A DNA stretch of 40,056 nucleotides, taken from the IMG/VR virus record IMGVR_UViG_3300037851_000368, positions 1-40,056 of that record. The stretch is one strand, 5' to 3'. The notes under the pieces were generated by a model, which was given only the letters and a program-made list of their open reading frames with translations, was not told the DNA's origin and searched no databases. How positions within the stretch are numbered: position 1 is the stretch's first letter; each line of letters starts with the position of its first letter. This DNA comes from a virus (taxonomy: Duplodnaviria > Caudoviricetes). A program made the position numbers and the translations under genes. Shown in pieces: positions 1 to 7,721 of the stretch.

Positions 1-38
1 GCCAGCCGGTGGTTCATGAGACTCGCCCCCTGTCAGGC

Positions 39-61
39 CGCGTCCCCGGTCAGGGGACGCG
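39..61. other. Perfect 9-bp GC hairpin between attP and the first downstream minus-strand gene
   Basis: CGCGTCCCC-GGTCA-GGGGACGCG; no U-tract on either side. Confidence 0.6.
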
Positions 62-90
62 TGGTGGGCGAGGTACGGGCGCCGTTTAGT

Positions 91-125
91 TCACTAGGTT
101 GTAGGTTCGATTCCTACGCGGCGCA
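91..125 (+). other. attP: attP core = 3' half of a host tRNA (probably tRNA-Lys)
   Basis: TCACT-AGGTT-GTAGG-TTCGATT-CCTAC-GCGGCGC-A gives an anticodon-stem 3' strand, variable loop, canonical T-arm, acceptor 3' strand and discriminator, 15 bp past the integrase stop. The Lys call rests on the GCGGCGCA end resembling high-GC tRNA-Lys. Confidence 0.8.
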
Positions 126-140
126 CTCCGTAACTCGCAG

Positions 141-1301
141 TCAGTCAACGCCCGTCGTTTCGTTCGTCTCTGGCGCTGTGGCGTTTCTGGGGCCTTTTGC
201 TTCGTCCAACGCCCGAAACGCCGCCCGCACCCGATCGTCCCGCCCCTTCACATATCGGCTCGCCACCCGGAGGTCCGTGTCATGGATCGCCGCCATCGCG
301 GCCGCCACGTCCCCGGTCACTTCCATCACGTCGTTGAACACCATCCGGCGCAGGCCGTGCGCTGCCCGCCGGGGCCGGTGAGCGATCCCGGCCGCCTCCT
401 CGGCCCGCCGGAGCGCCGCCCACAGGGACTGGGGGCTGTACGTCGGGCGACGGGACTTGCCGCTCCCCGAGGGGAACACCCACCCCGCAGGCCCGGTGCG
501 TTCCCAGGCGGCCCGGAGCACGACGATCGAGCCGTCCCGCAGGGGTTGGGTCCACTCGCGCCCCGTCTTGTCCCACCGCGCCCGCCACGTCACCAGGCCG
601 CCCTCCAGATCCACGTCCTCCCACCGGAGATGCAGCACGGCGTTTTGCCGCGCCCCCTGGTTGCCGCACAGCGCCAGCGCCGCATGCGCCCGCCAGGTCG
701 TGGCGCGGTCGAGCGGCAGCTGCGCCAGCAAGGCCGCCAGGTCGTCGCCCCGGTACTCCTCCGGCGGGGGCAGTCGTTGTTCCTTCGCCACCTTGTAGCG
801 GAACTCCCGGACGCCGTTGCGCGCCAGCAGCCCGTGCCGGGCACCCCAGGCATAGACCACCTTCACGATCTGGATGGTCTGCCCGATCGTGGACGGCGCC
901 AACTTCCGCTCGCGGGTTTCCAGTTGGGCGCGGAAGGCCGCCACGGTGCCCGCCCCCAGATCCTCCGCGATCGACTCCGGCGTGGCGAACGTCGCCCACC
1001 GCCGCCAGTACTCCGCATAGAGTTTCTGGCTTCTGGGACGCAGGACCGGGAACTCGGCGGCCGCGTACCGCTCCCACAGTTGGCCGGTGGTTACCAGGGC
1101 CGGGGCCTGCTTCCGCTGGAACCGGGTGGCGGCGAACGTCTCCGCCCACGCCACGGCCTCCTTGCGGTGCGCCGGCGTGTTGGCCCATGTCTTCCGGGTG
1201 CGGACCCCGTGCACGCGCCACAGGGCGACGACGCGATCCCCGACCACCCGGACACTGACGGTCTCGCCATGCGACCCGAACCGGCCAAGCAGCTTCTTCA
1301 T
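141..1301 (-). CDS. int: Tyrosine recombinase / phage integrase (386 aa)
   Basis: Likely start MKKLLG with ATGA overlap at 1298-1301. Motifs GARQNAVLHLRWEDVDL (R), DKTG (K), HGLRR (HxxR) and IH...SRY (H, Y). Adjacent to attP. Confidence 0.93.
   Translation of the reverse strand: MKKLLGRFGSHGETVSVRVVGDRVVALWRVHGVRTRKTWANTPAHRKEAVAWAETFAATRFQRKQAPALVTTGQLWERYAAAEFPVLRPRSQKLYAEYWRRWATFATPESIAEDLGAGTVAAFRAQLETRERKLAPSTIGQTIQIVKVVYAWGARHGLLARNGVREFRYKVAKEQRLPPPEEYRGDDLAALLAQLPLDRATTWRAHAALALCGNQGARQNAVLHLRWEDVDLEGGLVTWRARWDKTGREWTQPLRDGSIVVLRAAWERTGPAGWVFPSGSGKSRRPTYSPQSLWAALRRAEEAAGIAHRPRRAAHGLRRMVFNDVMEVTGDVAAAMAAIHDTDLRVASRYVKGRDDRVRAAFRALDEAKGPRNATAPETNETTGVD
178..198 (+). promoter_or_regulatory. 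Putative integrase arm-type sites (right arm)
   Basis: GTGGCGTTTC (178) and GGGGCCTTTT (189) resemble the repeats on the other side of the core. Confidence 0.45.
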
Positions 1302-1645
1302 GCGGCCTTGGTCGCCTCCCGCAACGCCGCGGCCCGCGCCGCCTCGAGGTTGGCTCGCCGGGGCACGATCAGCCGCCGATACTGCCGGGCCGCCCGGCGT
1401 CCCTCCCCATGCCACCGGGACAGTCCGAGGGTCTCCCACTCGGGGAACGCGGCGCGGAGGCGCGTGATCGACCAGCCCGACCGGGTGCGGGCCTCGTCCT
1501 CGGTCAGCCAGTCCAGGTACGGCCCCATGCAGTCGCGCACCCGGTCCACCACGGCGTCCATGCTGTCGGCCTGGGCCTTGTGGCCGTTGGCGCGGAGGAC
1601 AGCGGCCGCGCCGCGCACGTCTGCCAGCACTTGTTCCAGCGTCAT
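1298..1645 (-). CDS. Putative excisionase-like DNA-binding protein
   Basis: Coupled directly upstream of int; WLTEDEARTRSGWSITRLR resembles a Xis/MerR-type HTH. Confidence 0.5.
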   Translation of the reverse strand: MTLEQVLADVRGAAAVLRANGHKAQADSMDAVVDRVRDCMGPYLDWLTEDEARTRSGWSITRLRAAFPEWETLGLSRWHGEGRRAARQYRRLIVPRRANLEAARAAALREATKAA

Positions 1646-2031
1646 GCGGCCCTCGCTTCGACCAGTTCCCAGACCTCGGCACGTCGGCCCGAACGTGTCG
1701 GTTTCGTGACCCCGGTTGTACGGATCATGCCGACCTGTCGAAGCTCGTGCAGGCGGCGGCCGGCCGTGGTGGGCCGCCACCGGAGGTAGGCGTCGATCTC
1801 GTCGGCCGTCATCGGCCCGGCCGCCTCGAGCGCCAGGATCACCAGCCGACGCTGATGGGCGCTGGTCTGCACGGTGGACGCCGCCGCCTCATGGCTGGTG
1901 CCGGGGTCGGTCAGCCGGGCGCGGGTATGGGGCGCGAACAGCGGCGCGTCCTCGGTCGCGGCCTCGGCCCGCTCCCGCCGCTGGCCGGCCCGGAGATCGT
2001 CCCACAGTTGGCGGTAGCCCTGGTCACTCAT
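1642..2031 (-). CDS. Winged-HTH DNA-binding protein
   Basis: Common phage motif ARxTDPxTSHEAA followed by GPMTADEI...AGRRLHEL...SGRRAEVW. Confidence 0.75.
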   Translation of the reverse strand: MSDQGYRQLWDDLRAGQRRERAEAATEDAPLFAPHTRARLTDPGTSHEAAASTVQTSAHQRRLVILALEAAGPMTADEIDAYLRWRPTTAGRRLHELRQVGMIRTTGVTKPTRSGRRAEVWELVEARAA

Positions 2032-2228
2032 GCCGGGAACGCCCGCAGGTCGTGCCACTTGGCCGCCAGCGGCTTGTGCAGCCGATACCAGTCCAGCGCC
2101 TCCTCCGGTGTCCTGGCAATCCCCGGCGGGCAGGACGCCACCAGCATCCCCTCCCCGCCACGCGGGACGCTGCGGATGCACCACTTCGGGCGACGGGTCA
2201 GGATCGCGGCCTTCATCGCGGCAGTCAT
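2028..2228 (-). CDS. Hypothetical protein
   Basis: Start/stop overlaps with both neighbours. Confidence 0.55.
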   Translation of the reverse strand: MTAAMKAAILTRRPKWCIRSVPRGGEGMLVASCPPGIARTPEEALDWYRLHKPLAAKWHDLRAFPA

Positions 2229-2422
2229 AGACGCCCCCTCTCGCGGTAGTCCAACTCCATGTTGAGCAGCGCCAACCCCCGGTCTGCGTGCTGCAACGCG
2301 TCCACGATGCGCCCGACCAGGGCGGCCGTGATGTCGTCGGCGTGATGCCGCTTGCGGATCAGTTCGGCGGCAGCGGTCGCGCTGTCCAGTTCGCGCTGAA
2401 CGTGGTTGACGTGGCTCGCCAT
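2225..2422 (-). CDS. Hypothetical helical protein
   Basis: Coupled ORF with protein-like composition. Confidence 0.6.
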   Translation of the reverse strand: MASHVNHVQRELDSATAAAELIRKRHHADDITAALVGRIVDALQHADRGLALLNMELDYRERGRL

Positions 2423-3033
2423 CAGAACGGCAAATCGTCGTCGCTGTCCTCGAGTGCCTGCGGCACCGCCCCAAACCCCGTCGCCTTCGCGGGGGCCGCC
2501 GGGGCGTTCGCCGCCTCATGCCGCGCCAGTTCGTCGGCGTATGCCTTCTTCCGTTCCGCCCAGTAGTCCGGGCGCTCGTACCCGCTGACGGCCGGGGGCG
2601 TCATGCCCTTCGGTAGCGCCATCGCGCCACTGATCCGGGCATAGGTCCGGCCCTGCTTGCTGGTCGCGTGGATCACGCTGATCAGGGCGGGCTGGCCGGC
2701 GAGCTTGTGGACGGGAACGCCCGCTGTCACCTGTTCCTCCGTGTACGCCTTGCCGCGCCAGCCCTCGAGGAAGTGCCGCAAGGTCGCCCGGTCGAACATG
2801 CTGGCCGTGAACTCGGCCGCCACGTCGAACGGGGTGCCGTCCTCCCGCGGCTCACCGGTACGGAACACCAGGGCCAGCTTCGGGGCGACCTTCACCTTGC
2901 CCTCGTAGGTGGACACCCGCTTGCCCAGGTTGATCACGTCCACGCAGACCGCCGGGAAGGTCCCGGCCGGGTGCGGGGTGAACTTGCCATCGGACTCGCC
3001 GCCCGACACGTTGACCTCATCCGGTTGATGCAT
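2422..3033 (-). CDS. Phage single-stranded DNA-binding protein-like
   Basis: PAGT.PAVCVDVINLG N-terminus, LR.FLEGWRGK core and acidic SSB-type tail DSDDDLPF. Confidence 0.75.
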   Translation of the reverse strand: MHQPDEVNVSGGESDGKFTPHPAGTFPAVCVDVINLGKRVSTYEGKVKVAPKLALVFRTGEPREDGTPFDVAAEFTASMFDRATLRHFLEGWRGKAYTEEQVTAGVPVHKLAGQPALISVIHATSKQGRTYARISGAMALPKGMTPPAVSGYERPDYWAERKKAYADELARHEAANAPAAPAKATGFGAVPQALEDSDDDLPF

Positions 3034-3041
3034 GCCCCCCC

Positions 3042-3239
3042 TTAGAAGACTTCGCGGGCCGTCCTGGCCCCGGTCGCACAGGGGACGCAGACGCGCCCCT
3101 GACCCACGTCGATCGCCTCGGTCGCGTACCCCGGCACGTCGGCGCCACAGCGGGGGCAGCGGTACAGGCGCTCATAGGCCGCCTCGATCCGCTCCCGTTC
3201 CGCGACGGGTTCGTGCCAGTCGTACCCGTCACCCGTCAT
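3042..3239 (-). CDS. Small zinc-finger protein
   Basis: CPRC...CVPC. Confidence 0.6.
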   Translation of the reverse strand: MTGDGYDWHEPVAERERIEAAYERLYRCPRCGADVPGYATEAIDVGQGRVCVPCATGARTAREVF

Positions 3240-3426
3240 AGCAGCCACTCGGGTCGGTGTCCCGCAGGTACTGATCGTCCCGCTCGTCGGCCGCCGCCTG
3301 CGCGTCCAGCTCGGCGTTCGCCTCGTCCGCCAAGCTGCGCCGGAACCGCGCATTCTCCGCGCAGAGGGTGCAGACCATGCCCTCGGGGATGCCGGGGACG
3401 CCGCAGGGGCAGGCGACGAGTTTCAT
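3229..3426 (-). CDS. Small Cys-rich hypothetical protein
   Basis: MKLVACPC...CTLC, ATGA-coupled. Confidence 0.55.
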   Translation of the reverse strand: MKLVACPCGVPGIPEGMVCTLCAENARFRRSLADEANAELDAQAAADERDDQYLRDTDPSGCYDG

Positions 3427-3626
3427 GCGCCTGCCTCGTTCTCGCGGTCCAACGCCGCGAACACCGCCGCCCGGCGGTCCAACGCCACCCGGAGCGCCAG
3501 CGTCTCGTTGCGGTGGCCACTGATCCCCACGCCCCGCGACTGCCACCGCATCACGGTCACCAGGTCGCCGCGCCGCAAGGCGCGGAGCTCAATGGCGCGA
3601 TCCACCGTCACCACTCCTGTCGCCAT
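3423..3626 (-). CDS. Hypothetical protein
   Basis: Coupled ORF; start uncertain (ATG 3626 or GTG 3611). Confidence 0.5.
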   Translation of the reverse strand: MATGVVTVDRAIELRALRRGDLVTVMRWQSRGVGISGHRNETLALRVALDRRAAVFAALDRENEAGA

Positions 3627-3889
3627 ACGGGGCGCCCGCCTTCGTCCCCGTCCTCGGGGAGCGTGTCGGCCAGGTCGCTATGGCGCCGGCGCATGGTGCC
3701 GGGGGCCGGGGGCGGGGCTGTCCGGTGCAAAGCGGCGAGGTCCGCCCGCGCCCGGGCGATCCGGGCGATCCGGTCCGCGTTGGCCCGCTGACGGGCGCGG
3801 CGGTCCAACAGGACGTCCAGGACATGGAGGCTGACCAGGACCGCCACGGTCACCACGGCCCCGACCACGAACGGCTGATAATCGCTCAT
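3608..3889 (-). CDS. Hypothetical membrane protein
   Basis: N-terminal hydrophobic helix FVVGAVVTVAVLVSLHVL. Confidence 0.6.
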   Translation of the reverse strand: MSDYQPFVVGAVVTVAVLVSLHVLDVLLDRRARQRANADRIARIARARADLAALHRTAPPPAPGTMRRRHSDLADTLPEDGDEGGRPVWRQEW

Positions 3890-4320
3890 ACGGACTCCAG
3901 CTGGTTGGCGATGCTGGTGCGGAGGGTACGGTGGGCCGCGCGTTGGGCGTCGATCGCCCGGAGCCAGGTGCGGAGCGTGGCGGGTGAGGGGGCGGCGTGG
4001 TACTGTGCTTCGGCCACATCTTCGCTCATGTCCGCTTCCTGGGCCATCAGCACCACGCTCGCCCCGAACGCCGGGACGGGAGCCGCCGCCAACGCCACCT
4101 CGACCGGTGCCACGAGCCGCTCCAGGAGCGCCGTGTCCCCGAGCGCCACGGCGGCCTCGAGGAGCGCCACGAAGCGGCGGGGGATTGAGTCCCGGCCCTT
4201 GAGCTGGGCATCCCAGCCCGCCGGGGTGTGTTCCGGGTGGTGGACCCCGAGGTACTGCCCTACGCGCGTGACGTGTGCGGGGGGGCGGCGGTCCCGGCGC
4301 GCGTGTACCGTAACGGGCAT
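3886..4320 (-). CDS. Hypothetical helical protein in the CII position
   Basis: Second gene of the early operon; any CII-like role is inferred from position only. Confidence 0.55.
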   Translation of the reverse strand: MPVTVHARRDRRPPAHVTRVGQYLGVHHPEHTPAGWDAQLKGRDSIPRRFVALLEAAVALGDTALLERLVAPVEVALAAAPVPAFGASVVLMAQEADMSEDVAEAQYHAAPSPATLRTWLRAIDAQRAAHRTLRTSIANQLESV

Positions 4321-4321
4321 G

Positions 4322-4507
4322 TCAGGCGGCCTGATTGATCGTTCGGCGGGCGTGGTCCAACAGCACCGACCGCGCATACTCCGACCGGGTGCGGAACCCC
4401 AGCCGGAAGGCGGCCAGTTCGATGTCGCGCCGCTCGCTGACCGTGACGCTGGCCCCAATCACCTTCTTCCGGGGCTCCGGGTCTGGCAGGATCTTCTCGT
4501 TGTCCAT
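4322..4507 (-). CDS. Ribbon-helix-helix (MobC/CopG-like) regulator in the Cro position
   Basis: RKKVIGASVT strand, ERRDIELAAFRLG helix, TRSEYARSVLL helix; divergent from the repressor. Confidence 0.7.
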   Translation of the reverse strand: MDNEKILPDPEPRKKVIGASVTVSERRDIELAAFRLGFRTRSEYARSVLLDHARRTINQAA

Positions 4508-4541
4508 AGGTTAGTCCGTGGAGGTCGTTGTGCTACCGGCA

Positions 4542-4574
4542 GTTAGTGTTTACCGATGGGCGGTAGCGCCTAAC
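4542..4574. promoter_or_regulatory. Inverted repeat / operator candidate
   Basis: GTTAG-N4-TACCG (4542-4555) and CGGTA-N4-CTAAC (4561-4574); extra half sites GGTTAGT (4509) and ACTAACC (4590). Confidence 0.55.
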
Positions 4575-4584
4575 CACTGGACAG

Positions 4585-4613
4585 AAATTACTAACCGCTT
4601 GGCTGCGCGTCAA
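4585..4613 (-). promoter_or_regulatory. Sigma70-like early/lytic promoter
   Basis: TTGACG-17 bp-TAATTT on the minus strand, upstream of the RHH gene. Confidence 0.7.
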
Positions 4614-5000
4614 GCCCCCTCGTTCGCGTCTCGCCTCCTGCAGGCGTGGCCCAAGGGCCTCCAGGTGAACACCGTGGCGGAGAGGCTTGGTGTGACCCCC
4701 GTCACCGTGACCCGGTGGCGCACGGGGGAGCGGACCCCGGACCCGGCGCTCATGGAGAAGCTGGCCGAGGCGCTCAGGGTGCGGACTAATTGGCTTAATT
4801 CAGGGCAGGGCGATCGATCGGCCCCGGAGGCGGTACAGGTAGGCTCCCTCGACTGGCGGGCGGGTTACGACGCCGGCTATGCGGCGGGAATCCGGGCCGC
4901 TACGCCGCTCCCGGCGGGTCCAGCGCCCCCACCACCCGGCGAGATCCCGCCGCACCGGGGATCAGCCGGAGGACGACGGCGGGCCGGTGGGGATCGTTGA
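4599..5000 (+). CDS. XRE-family HTH immunity repressor (no S24 peptidase domain)
   Basis: VAERLGVTPVTVTRWRTGERTP...KLAEALRV..NWL.SGQG; start uncertain (TTG 4599 or GTG 4665). Confidence 0.8.
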   Translation: MAARQAPSFASRLLQAWPKGLQVNTVAERLGVTPVTVTRWRTGERTPDPALMEKLAEALRVRTNWLNSGQGDRSAPEAVQVGSLDWRAGYDAGYAAGIRAATPLPAGPAPPPPGEIPPHRGSAGGRRRAGGDR

Positions 5001-5169
5001 GCGGCACCAAGTCGCCGGCCTGTTCCGCCGCCAGCACGGCGCCGGGGTCGGGGCTCACGGCATGGTACCGGAGGTAGGGGTACTCGCCTCCCGGTTCCCA
5101 CACCAGTACGTCCCCGGGGGCCAAGCCCAAGTGCGGCAGGTCACGGCTCGCGCGATACAGGTAACGCAT
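4900..5169 (-). CDS. Hypothetical protein convergently overlapping the repressor 3' end
   Basis: ATG start and aromatic-rich composition unlike shadow ORFs (MRYLYRASRDLPHLGLAPGDVLVWEP). Confidence 0.5.
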   Translation of the reverse strand: MRYLYRASRDLPHLGLAPGDVLVWEPGGEYPYLRYHAVSPDPGAVLAAEQAGDLVPLNDPHRPAVVLRLIPGAAGSRRVVGALDPPGAA

Positions 5170-5268
5170 CTTCGGTCTCTGTTCGGGAAACTATCCTGTC
5201 TGCAGGATCCAGCAAGGGTGCCGTAATCCCCTGAACGCGGCCTGAAATTCAACGCCGGGGGTGTGACA

Positions 5269-5718
5269 ATGGCCCTGAAATCCTGCCGCGAGTGCGGCAC
5301 CGCCGTTTCCACCGAGGCCAAGAGCTGCCCCAGTTGCGGGGCGAAGAGCCCCACCCGCCGGCCCGTCAACAAGCTGGCCCTGGTGGGGGCCGTGGGCCTG
5401 TTCCTCCTGATCGGCAACCTGCTGGCCCCGACGCCCGACCCCGCCGTGGAGGCGGCCCGCGCCACGTCCACCCGCGCCCGCCGGCTCTTCTCGGATGCCG
5501 AGATCGAGTGCCATTTCGGAATAAAGCGCCAACTCAAGGCCCCGGAGTCCGCCGACTTCACCACGGAGGCCGGCTTCGACCCCGACTCCGGCCAGTACGT
5601 CAACGTGACGGGCACCGTGACCGCGGTAAACAGCTTCAACGCCCCCTTGACCACGCGGGTGGGCTGCCGGTGGGACACCACCGCCAAGCGGCTGGTCTAT
5701 GCCGACCTGATCGAGTAG
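5269..5718 (+). CDS. Zinc-ribbon + TM + extracytoplasmic domain protein (lysogeny-region membrane protein)
   Basis: CRECG..VS.EA.SCP.CG, TM helix, then LKAP.SADF...VTAVNSF motif. Confidence 0.75.
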   Translation: MALKSCRECGTAVSTEAKSCPSCGAKSPTRRPVNKLALVGAVGLFLLIGNLLAPTPDPAVEAARATSTRARRLFSDAEIECHFGIKRQLKAPESADFTTEAGFDPDSGQYVNVTGTVTAVNSFNAPLTTRVGCRWDTTAKRLVYADLIE

Positions 5719-5720
5719 CC

Positions 5721-6254
5721 CTACAGTACCGGCGCCCCGAGCAGCCGGATCGTCCGGACCCCGAGTGCCCAGTCCGGGAACCACAGCCGCCGGACCCGCA
5801 CCCCGTAGCCCAGGGTCGTCTCGTTGAGTTCCTCGAGCAGCTCCCCCATGAGCCGGTCCCGCTTTCCCCGGGCCGGATCGAACCGGGCCGGGTCCACGTC
5901 CGCCAGCCGTTCGGCCAGCAACCCCCGGGCCTGCTCCGTCACCGTCTCCGTGTACGCCTCGATAGTGCAGTGGGCCAGCCGGGCGTCCTCCACCTGCACC
6001 TCGATTGCGGCGCTGAAGGTCAGGGCGGTCCCGTCCCGCAGCGTCACGGTTTGCAGGGGCGTCATGTAGACCCCCGGCACCACGTTCACCGTGACGACGT
6101 CCGCGAACCACGGCAGCACCAGGTACACGCCTGGCCCCACGGTGCGCCAGTAGCGGCCGAACACCAGGCACACCCCGGATTCCCACGGATCCACCCGCCG
6201 GAGGGGGAACAGGTACTGCAGCCACTCCCCGAGGAGCCGCAGAAACTCGGTCAC
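5721..6254 (-). CDS. SPFH/band-7 domain protein
   Basis: VDPWESGV.LVFGRY.RTVGPGVYLVLPWF...QTVTLRDG...YGVRV; GTGA-coupled start. Confidence 0.85.
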   Translation of the reverse strand: MTEFLRLLGEWLQYLFPLRRVDPWESGVCLVFGRYWRTVGPGVYLVLPWFADVVTVNVVPGVYMTPLQTVTLRDGTALTFSAAIEVQVEDARLAHCTIEAYTETVTEQARGLLAERLADVDPARFDPARGKRDRLMGELLEELNETTLGYGVRVRRLWFPDWALGVRTIRLLGAPVL

Positions 6255-6439
6255 GTTTCCCGTTCGCGAACAGGGAACGTGAACCACTCCGCGATCTCGT
6301 CAAGGACCCCCTGCGCGATCCACTCGATCGCGGCCTCGTCCGGTGGGTCGTGTGTCGAGTGCTTGTACGCCCGGTGGACGCCGTGCCGCACCCCCTCCTC
6401 GACACAGCGCACCAGCATCTTCCACGCGTCGGGCTGCAC
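6251..6439 (-). CDS. Small phage hypothetical protein
   Basis: VEEGVRHGVHRAYKH...EIAEWF pattern; coupled to the SPFH gene. Confidence 0.65.
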   Translation of the reverse strand: MQPDAWKMLVRCVEEGVRHGVHRAYKHSTHDPPDEAAIEWIAQGVLDEIAEWFTFPVRERET

Positions 6440-6471
6440 TGGGGCTATTCTCCGCGATCCGGGGATATATC

Positions 6472-6654
6472 CTACGGTTTCCGGTTGGCCCGGTAGTCCG
6501 CCAGCATGAACAGCCCGCCCGCCCCGGCCCAGATCCCGCAGGCGACCCAGATAAACCGCTCGGGTACCCCGGCCGCCGTCAGCAGCAGGTAGAGGCCGAT
6601 CGCCCCCGCCAGCGTCACGGCCGCCAGCGTAGCGCCCGGCGTGTCCGTCGTCAT
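6472..6654 (-). CDS. Small two-TM membrane protein
   Basis: Two hydrophobic segments; ATGA-coupled. Confidence 0.6.
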   Translation of the reverse strand: MTTDTPGATLAAVTLAGAIGLYLLLTAAGVPERFIWVACGIWAGAGGLFMLADYRANRKP

Positions 6655-6881
6655 GCCGCCACCTCGTAGGCGGGCACCCGCCGGGGCACCCCGTTGAGTT
6701 GTTCGATCACCCGCACCGTGCGCCGCACCGTGCCGTCCTCGAGCGCCTGCCGGAGGAGGTTCCGCACCCTCGCCTCCGGCATCCCCAGCGCGTCGCGGAT
6801 CTCCTCGACCCGCATCCCGCTCCCACCCGTCGGCCGCCTGGCCGCCAGCCGGAGCGCCTCGAGCAACGCCGCTTCCGTCAT
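6651..6881 (-). CDS. Small winged-HTH protein
   Basis: MRVEEIRDALGMPEARVRNLLRQALEDGTV. Confidence 0.65.
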   Translation of the reverse strand: MTEAALLEALRLAARRPTGGSGMRVEEIRDALGMPEARVRNLLRQALEDGTVRRTVRVIEQLNGVPRRVPAYEVAA

Positions 6882-7711
6882 GCGAGCCTCGTCAGGGCGG
6901 GACGTTCCGGCACGAACAGCACCGGGTCCACGGTCGGGCGCCCATCCTCGACCGTGATGATGACGCCCCCGATGTCGGCCAGCGACTCAGGGACGACCTT
7001 GTGCGCGAAGGACGTATGCAGCTGCCAGGCCGGCGTCTGGATCAACCGGGTCCGCACCGCCTGGCCGGTGTCAAAGTACTGGTGCATGTGGGACCGAACG
7101 GCGAGGTCGGGGATCGGGTCGCCCCGGTTGGCGTGTTCCATCACGATCTGCGCCGCGAGGTTGTGGCTGATGCCACCCTTCGTCCAGGGGCGCTGGCCCA
7201 TGCGCCCGTGGTGCGCCGCGCTCACGACCAGCGCCCCGATCTTCCCCCGGAAGGCCCACCAGGACAGCATCTTCGTGGCCGGGTCTTTCGGTACCTTGAC
7301 GCCTTCCTTGTGTAGCCACCGGGCGAAGTGCTCCTCGGCGCCGGCGTTCTTCCCGACGTGCGCCTCCGTGCCCCGCACCACGACCACCTGGGTCGGATCC
7401 AGTGCCAGGACCGGCGCGAACAGCTGCTTGGCGATCCACATCTGCACGGCCGGGTCACGGCTGATGATCTGGAACGTGCCGTGGTGGTCCCCGTCCACGA
7501 GGTCGCCGTTGCAGAGGATGGTCAAACTGTCGGCCCCCTTCTTCGCCGCGGCGACCCGTTGCCAGAACGTCACCCACCGGTTGTGCAGCCATTGCTGCGC
7601 CCGGGACGGCAGGTAGGTGCCGCCGTCGTCTAGCTCAACCGGCTCCGGGCAACACAGCCCGACCGTCGATCCGGCATGGATATCCGAAACCACCGCGAGT
7701 ACATGGCGCAC
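6878..7711 (-). CDS. Calcineurin-like metallophosphoesterase
   Basis: SDIH, NGDLVDG, GTEAH, HHG and RSHMH metal-binding motifs. Confidence 0.85.
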   Translation of the reverse strand: MRHVLAVVSDIHAGSTVGLCCPEPVELDDGGTYLPSRAQQWLHNRWVTFWQRVAAAKKGADSLTILCNGDLVDGDHHGTFQIISRDPAVQMWIAKQLFAPVLALDPTQVVVVRGTEAHVGKNAGAEEHFARWLHKEGVKVPKDPATKMLSWWAFRGKIGALVVSAAHHGRMGQRPWTKGGISHNLAAQIVMEHANRGDPIPDLAVRSHMHQYFDTGQAVRTRLIQTPAWQLHTSFAHKVVPESLADIGGVIITVEDGRPTVDPVLFVPERPALTRLA

Positions 7712-7721
7712 CCGTCCCCCC

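Larger units (their letters stand above)
1..127 (+). repeat. Terminal direct repeat copy 1 (circularity/assembly overlap)
   Basis: 1-127 is identical to 39930-40056; 127 is a common assembler k-mer length. Confidence 0.92.

Noticed and set aside
39-61. Rho-independent terminator after int/attP
   Set aside because: Strong stem but no U-tract on either strand; kept only as an unexplained hairpin.
79-125. Full tRNA gene
   Set aside because: No D-arm or anticodon loop; only the 3' half is tRNA-like, which fits attP.
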